IMG/VR virus record: IMGVR_UViG_2778260993_000018
Coordinates: 1-16,902 of that record
Source: a virus
Taxonomy: Duplodnaviria; Heunggongvirae; Uroviricota; Caudoviricetes
Direction: 5' to 3' (one strand)
Length of the DNA: 16,902 nt
Shown: one piece after another, positions 14,469 to 16,902 of the stretch
Layout: every line of letters starts with the position of its first letter
Numbering within the stretch: position 1 is the first letter of the stretch
Program-made: the position numbers and the translations under genes
The notes under the pieces: generated by a model
Databases searched by the model: none
Told to the model about the DNA's origin: nothing
Seen by the model: the letters and a program-made list of their open reading frames with translations, nothing else

Positions 14469-15464
14469 GTGACCGTGAGAGCACTGCTGACCCCTGAAAT
14501 TGCCCCGCGTATGGGGATCGTCTTGTTCAGACCCGGTTCAGAGCTGATGCCCCTGTTTATGCAGGGGCGTGTCCTGCTGGAGCCTGAGCCGGAACGTTAT
14601 TCATCTTTTGCCAGTGGTGCCGTTCCGGCAGCATCACAACCGCTGGCGGATGATCCTGCCGTTCGGGCCGTGTTCCGCCATGAGGCGGTGATCCGTCGTG
14701 CTGGTGGCGTGGAATGCCTTGAGAGCTGGTTACTTCGTGAAAAAGGCTGTCAGTGGCCTCATTCCGACTGGCACAGCGAGAACATGACCACAATGCGGCA
14801 CGCGCCAGGCGCAATCCGTCTGTGCTGGCACTGTGACAATCTTCTCCGTGACCAGTTCACGGAACGGCTGGAAGCAATGGCAACGGATAACTGTGCCCGC
14901 TGGGTGTTGTCTGTTGTGCGCCGTGATCTTGGTTTTGATGACAGTCACGTTGTGACAATGCCGGAACTGTGCTGGTGGCTGATTCGTAAGGACCTGGCGG
15001 ATGCCTTACCGGAAAGTGCAGCCCGTAAGGCACTGAGATTACCGAAGCCTGTTGTGCCGTCTGTCACCCGGGAAAGTGACCTTGTGCCTTCGGTTCCTGC
15101 CACCAGCATCATCCAGGATAAGGCGAAAAAGGTGCTGGCGCTGAAAGTGGATCCGGAGTCGCCGGAGTCTTTTATGTTACGCCCAAAACGTCGCCGCTGG
15201 GTTAATGAAAAGTACACGCGCTGGGTTAAGACGCAGCCGTGTGCATGTTGTGGTAAGCCAGCCGACGATCCGCATCACCTGATTGGCCATGGTCAGGGTG
15301 GAATGGGTACTAAAGCGCATGACCTTTTTGTGTTGCCTTTGTGCAGAAAACACCATGACGAACTGCATGCGGATACCGTGGCATTTGAAGAGAAGTATGG
15401 TTCCCAACTGGAGCTGATATTTCGTTTTATCGATCGCGCGCTGGCGATTGGTGTGCTGTCCTGA
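14469..15464 (+). CDS. DUF968-like phage protein with C-terminal Cys/His (HNH-like) motif, 331 aa
   Basis: C-terminus ..QPCACCGKPADDPHHLIGHGQGGMGTKAHDLFVLPLCRKHHDELH.. matches my recollection of the DUF968 family seen in lambdoid nin-region equivalents. GTG start at 14469 or 14475, with GAGG upstream. Confidence 0.65.
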   Translation: MTVRALLTPEIAPRMGIVLFRPGSELMPLFMQGRVLLEPEPERYSSFASGAVPAASQPLADDPAVRAVFRHEAVIRRAGGVECLESWLLREKGCQWPHSDWHSENMTTMRHAPGAIRLCWHCDNLLRDQFTERLEAMATDNCARWVLSVVRRDLGFDDSHVVTMPELCWWLIRKDLADALPESAARKALRLPKPVVPSVTRESDLVPSVPATSIIQDKAKKVLALKVDPESPESFMLRPKRRRWVNEKYTRWVKTQPCACCGKPADDPHHLIGHGQGGMGTKAHDLFVLPLCRKHHDELHADTVAFEEKYGSQLELIFRFIDRALAIGVLS

Positions 15465-15481
15465 TTTTGTGGAGAAAGTTG

Positions 15482-15862
15482 ATGCGTGATATTCAGATGG
15501 TTCTTGAACGCTGGGGGGCATGGGCTGCAAGTGGTAACACCGGGGTGGACTATTCTCCGATCGCTGCCGGATTCAAAGGACTTTTACCATCTGCCACTAA
15601 ACCACGTCCGGCCTGCTGCGATGATGACGGACTTATCATTGAAAACTGTCTTGCTCGTCTGAAGCAGAAAAAACCTGAGGAGTATTCGCTTCTCATTGCT
15701 CATTATTTGTTGCGAATATCAAAAAGACAGATAGCCAGGACGAGAAAGAAAAGCGAAAAAGCAATACGAATTGAGATGCAGATAGCCGAAGGGTTTATTG
15801 ACGGATGTTTGTCTGTGCTGGGGGTAAGACTGGAGATGGACGACTGGCTGCTAAAAAAGTAA
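15482..15862 (+). CDS. Q: Late-gene antiterminator Q (Phage_antitermQ type), 126 aa
   Basis: N-terminus MRDIQMVLERWGAWAA.. and ..AAGFKGLL..CCDDDGLII..ARLK.. match the Q-antiterminator family (recalled). GGAG 7 nt before the ATG at 15482. Followed by a short region ending in a strong intrinsic terminator. Confidence 0.8.
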   Translation: MRDIQMVLERWGAWAASGNTGVDYSPIAAGFKGLLPSATKPRPACCDDDGLIIENCLARLKQKKPEEYSLLIAHYLLRISKRQIARTRKKSEKAIRIEMQIAEGFIDGCLSVLGVRLEMDDWLLKK

Positions 15863-15930
15863 AAAATGATTAGTGCGGTCCGCAAAAAGTATGTCAGTAT
15901 GTTAAGAGTGGTTACTTTGCCACACAGCTT
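15863..15930 (+). promoter_or_regulatory. Candidate late promoter / Q-utilisation region (PR'-like)
   Basis: Position between Q and the terminator is as in lambdoid phages. -10-like hexamers TATGTC (15890-15895) and TATGTT (15898-15903) are present, but no convincing -35 was found. Confidence 0.3.
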
Positions 15931-15956
15931 AAACCCGCCGCGAGCGGGTTTTTTTA
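15931..15956 (+). terminator. Intrinsic terminator (tR'-like) downstream of Q
   Basis: AAACCCGC-cgcga-GCGGGTTT stem (5 GC pairs plus 3 A-U) followed by seven T. Confidence 0.75.
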
Positions 15957-16077
15957 TGGCTGAAATCTGTCCAGTACAGTAAACGCGCTGGCGGCGGTGC
16001 ATACCGTTCTTTCAGCTTGCTGGCTTTTTCGACAAGAGTTATTGGTGTGTCACGTTAACCGGAAAAGGGGAAAAGAC

Positions 16078-16275
16078 ATGCTGAAACAGCAGGATATGAC
16101 AGAAACCGCCAGAGTGGTGTTTAATGAATTAAGCGTCACCGAACCGGCGACAGTCGGGGAGATTGCACAGAATACGTACCTTTCACGCGAACGCTGTCAG
16201 TTAATACTGACCCAGCTTGTTATGGCGGGTCTGGCAGACTATCAGTTCGGTTGTTACAGACGCCTTCAGTCCTGA
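16078..16275 (+). CDS. Hypothetical small protein, 65 aa, possible winged-helix DNA-binding fold
   Basis: ATG at 16078 preceded by AAGGGG with a 7-nt spacer; the longer ORF-track form (15997) starts inside the terminator region. Stop lies within a terminator hairpin. Confidence 0.5.
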   Translation: MLKQQDMTETARVVFNELSVTEPATVGEIAQNTYLSRERCQLILTQLVMAGLADYQFGCYRRLQS

Positions 16276-16286
16276 AGGCTTTTTTA
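16262..16286 (+). terminator. Intrinsic terminator after the 65-aa gene
   Basis: GCCTTCAG-tc-CTGAAGGC inverted repeat (more likely a 6-bp stem with a 6-nt loop) followed by TTTTTTATTT. Confidence 0.65.
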
Positions 16287-16425
16287 TTTGTGGTAAATGG
16301 GCGGCTGGTGGGTGTTAGGGGCACTCACCAGCCATCTGCTCATGCGTCCGGATCACAAGCAAACCTCAGGCCCACTGCTTTGCGCAAAAGCAGAATGAGC
16401 CTATCAGAGAAGTGCTTATTGGTCT

Positions 16426-16902
16426 ATGGCTAATACTGTAAAAATATCCAGTTGTGAGCTAATCAACGCTGATTGCCTGGAATTTATCCAGACCTTACCG
16501 GAAAACTCTGTCGATCTGATAGTCACAGACCCGCCATACTTTAAAGTGAAGCCTGAGGGCTGGGATAACCAGTGGAAGGGCGACGATGATTACCTGAAGT
16601 GGCTGGACCAGTGTCTTGCGCAGTTCTGGCGGGTGCTGAAACCTGCCGGAAGTCTTTACCTGTTCTGTGGCCATCGCCTGGCATCTGACATTGAAATCAT
16701 GATGCGTGAACGCTTCAGTGTGCTGAACCATATTATCTGGGCGAAGCCGTCCGGACGCTGGAACGGGTGCAACAAGGAAAGCCTGCGGGCGTATTTCCCC
16801 GCCACAGAGCGCATTCTGTTCGCGGAACATTATCAGGGGCCGTATCGTCCGAAAGATGCCGGGTATGAGGCGAAGGGCAGGGCACTGAAACAGCATGTGA
16901 TG
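16426..16902 (+). CDS. DNA methyltransferase (N6-adenine/N4-cytosine, beta-class with N-terminal DPPY motif), 5' partial, runs off the window
   Basis: Not in the ORF track because there is no stop within the window. ATG at 16426, then ..LIVTDPPYFK.. (catalytic motif IV), continuing in frame for 159 codons to the window end. No clear Shine-Dalgarno. Confidence 0.8.
   Translation, partial: MANTVKISSCELINADCLEFIQTLPENSVDLIVTDPPYFKVKPEGWDNQWKGDDDYLKWLDQCLAQFWRVLKPAGSLYLFCGHRLASDIEIMMRERFSVLNHIIWAKPSGRWNGCNKESLRAYFPATERILFAEHYQGPYRPKDAGYEAKGRALKQHVM

Noticed and set aside
13009-14484. Several minus-strand ORFs (62-163 aa) within the helicase gene and downstream
   Set aside because: Antisense to the DnaB-like helicase and adjacent genes in GC-rich sequence that is naturally poor in stop codons; no start signals.
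14557-15530. Minus- and plus-strand alternative-frame ORFs overlapping the DUF968-like gene
   Set aside because: Overlap a long, well-supported plus-strand ORF; no independent signals.
16251-16433. 60-aa plus-strand ORF between the 65-aa gene and the methyltransferase
   Set aside because: Starts inside the terminator hairpin region, no ribosome-binding site, and overlaps the methyltransferase start; probably spurious, though a small peptide cannot be excluded.
16495-16896. 133-aa ORF on the minus strand
   Set aside because: Lies entirely antisense to the methyltransferase reading frame, which has a clear DPPY catalytic motif; treated as a shadow ORF.
1-16902. tRNA, rRNA or tmRNA genes
   Set aside because: No cloverleaf-compatible segments with the conserved T-loop motif (GTTCGAATC-like) were seen on either strand.

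Overview
This 16.9 kb window is a lambdoid-type prophage segment, probably enterobacterial, running from the integrase end into the start of the late region. In order: integrase and excisionase-like gene (minus strand), three small hypothetical genes, an inserted IS110/IS1111-family element, an accessory block on the minus strand (SPFH lipoprotein with a small membrane protein; a translationally coupled 37/60/190-aa cassette; a dual-HTH regulator plus a 66-aa gene), the cI/cro immunity switch, three Rha-family-like genes interleaved with small ORFs, a replication module (O-like initiator with internal iterons, DnaC-like loader, DnaB-like helicase), a DUF968-like protein, a Q-type antiterminator with a downstream intrinsic terminator, a small gene and the 5' part of a DNA methyltransferase. 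The most interesting signals are (1) a stem-closed loop downstream of the IS transposase carrying two short segments that match the DNA flanking the IS on opposite strands, as expected for a bridge/seekRNA target-binding loop; (2) two paralogous promoter-hairpin-terminator units (about 76 nt) upstream of Rha-like genes, with compensatory changes in the terminator stem; and (3) the uncharacterised 37/60/190-aa cassette in the position where lambdoid phages often carry exclusion or defence cargo. All calls are from reading the sequence and from recalled family features; no searches or folding programs were run.
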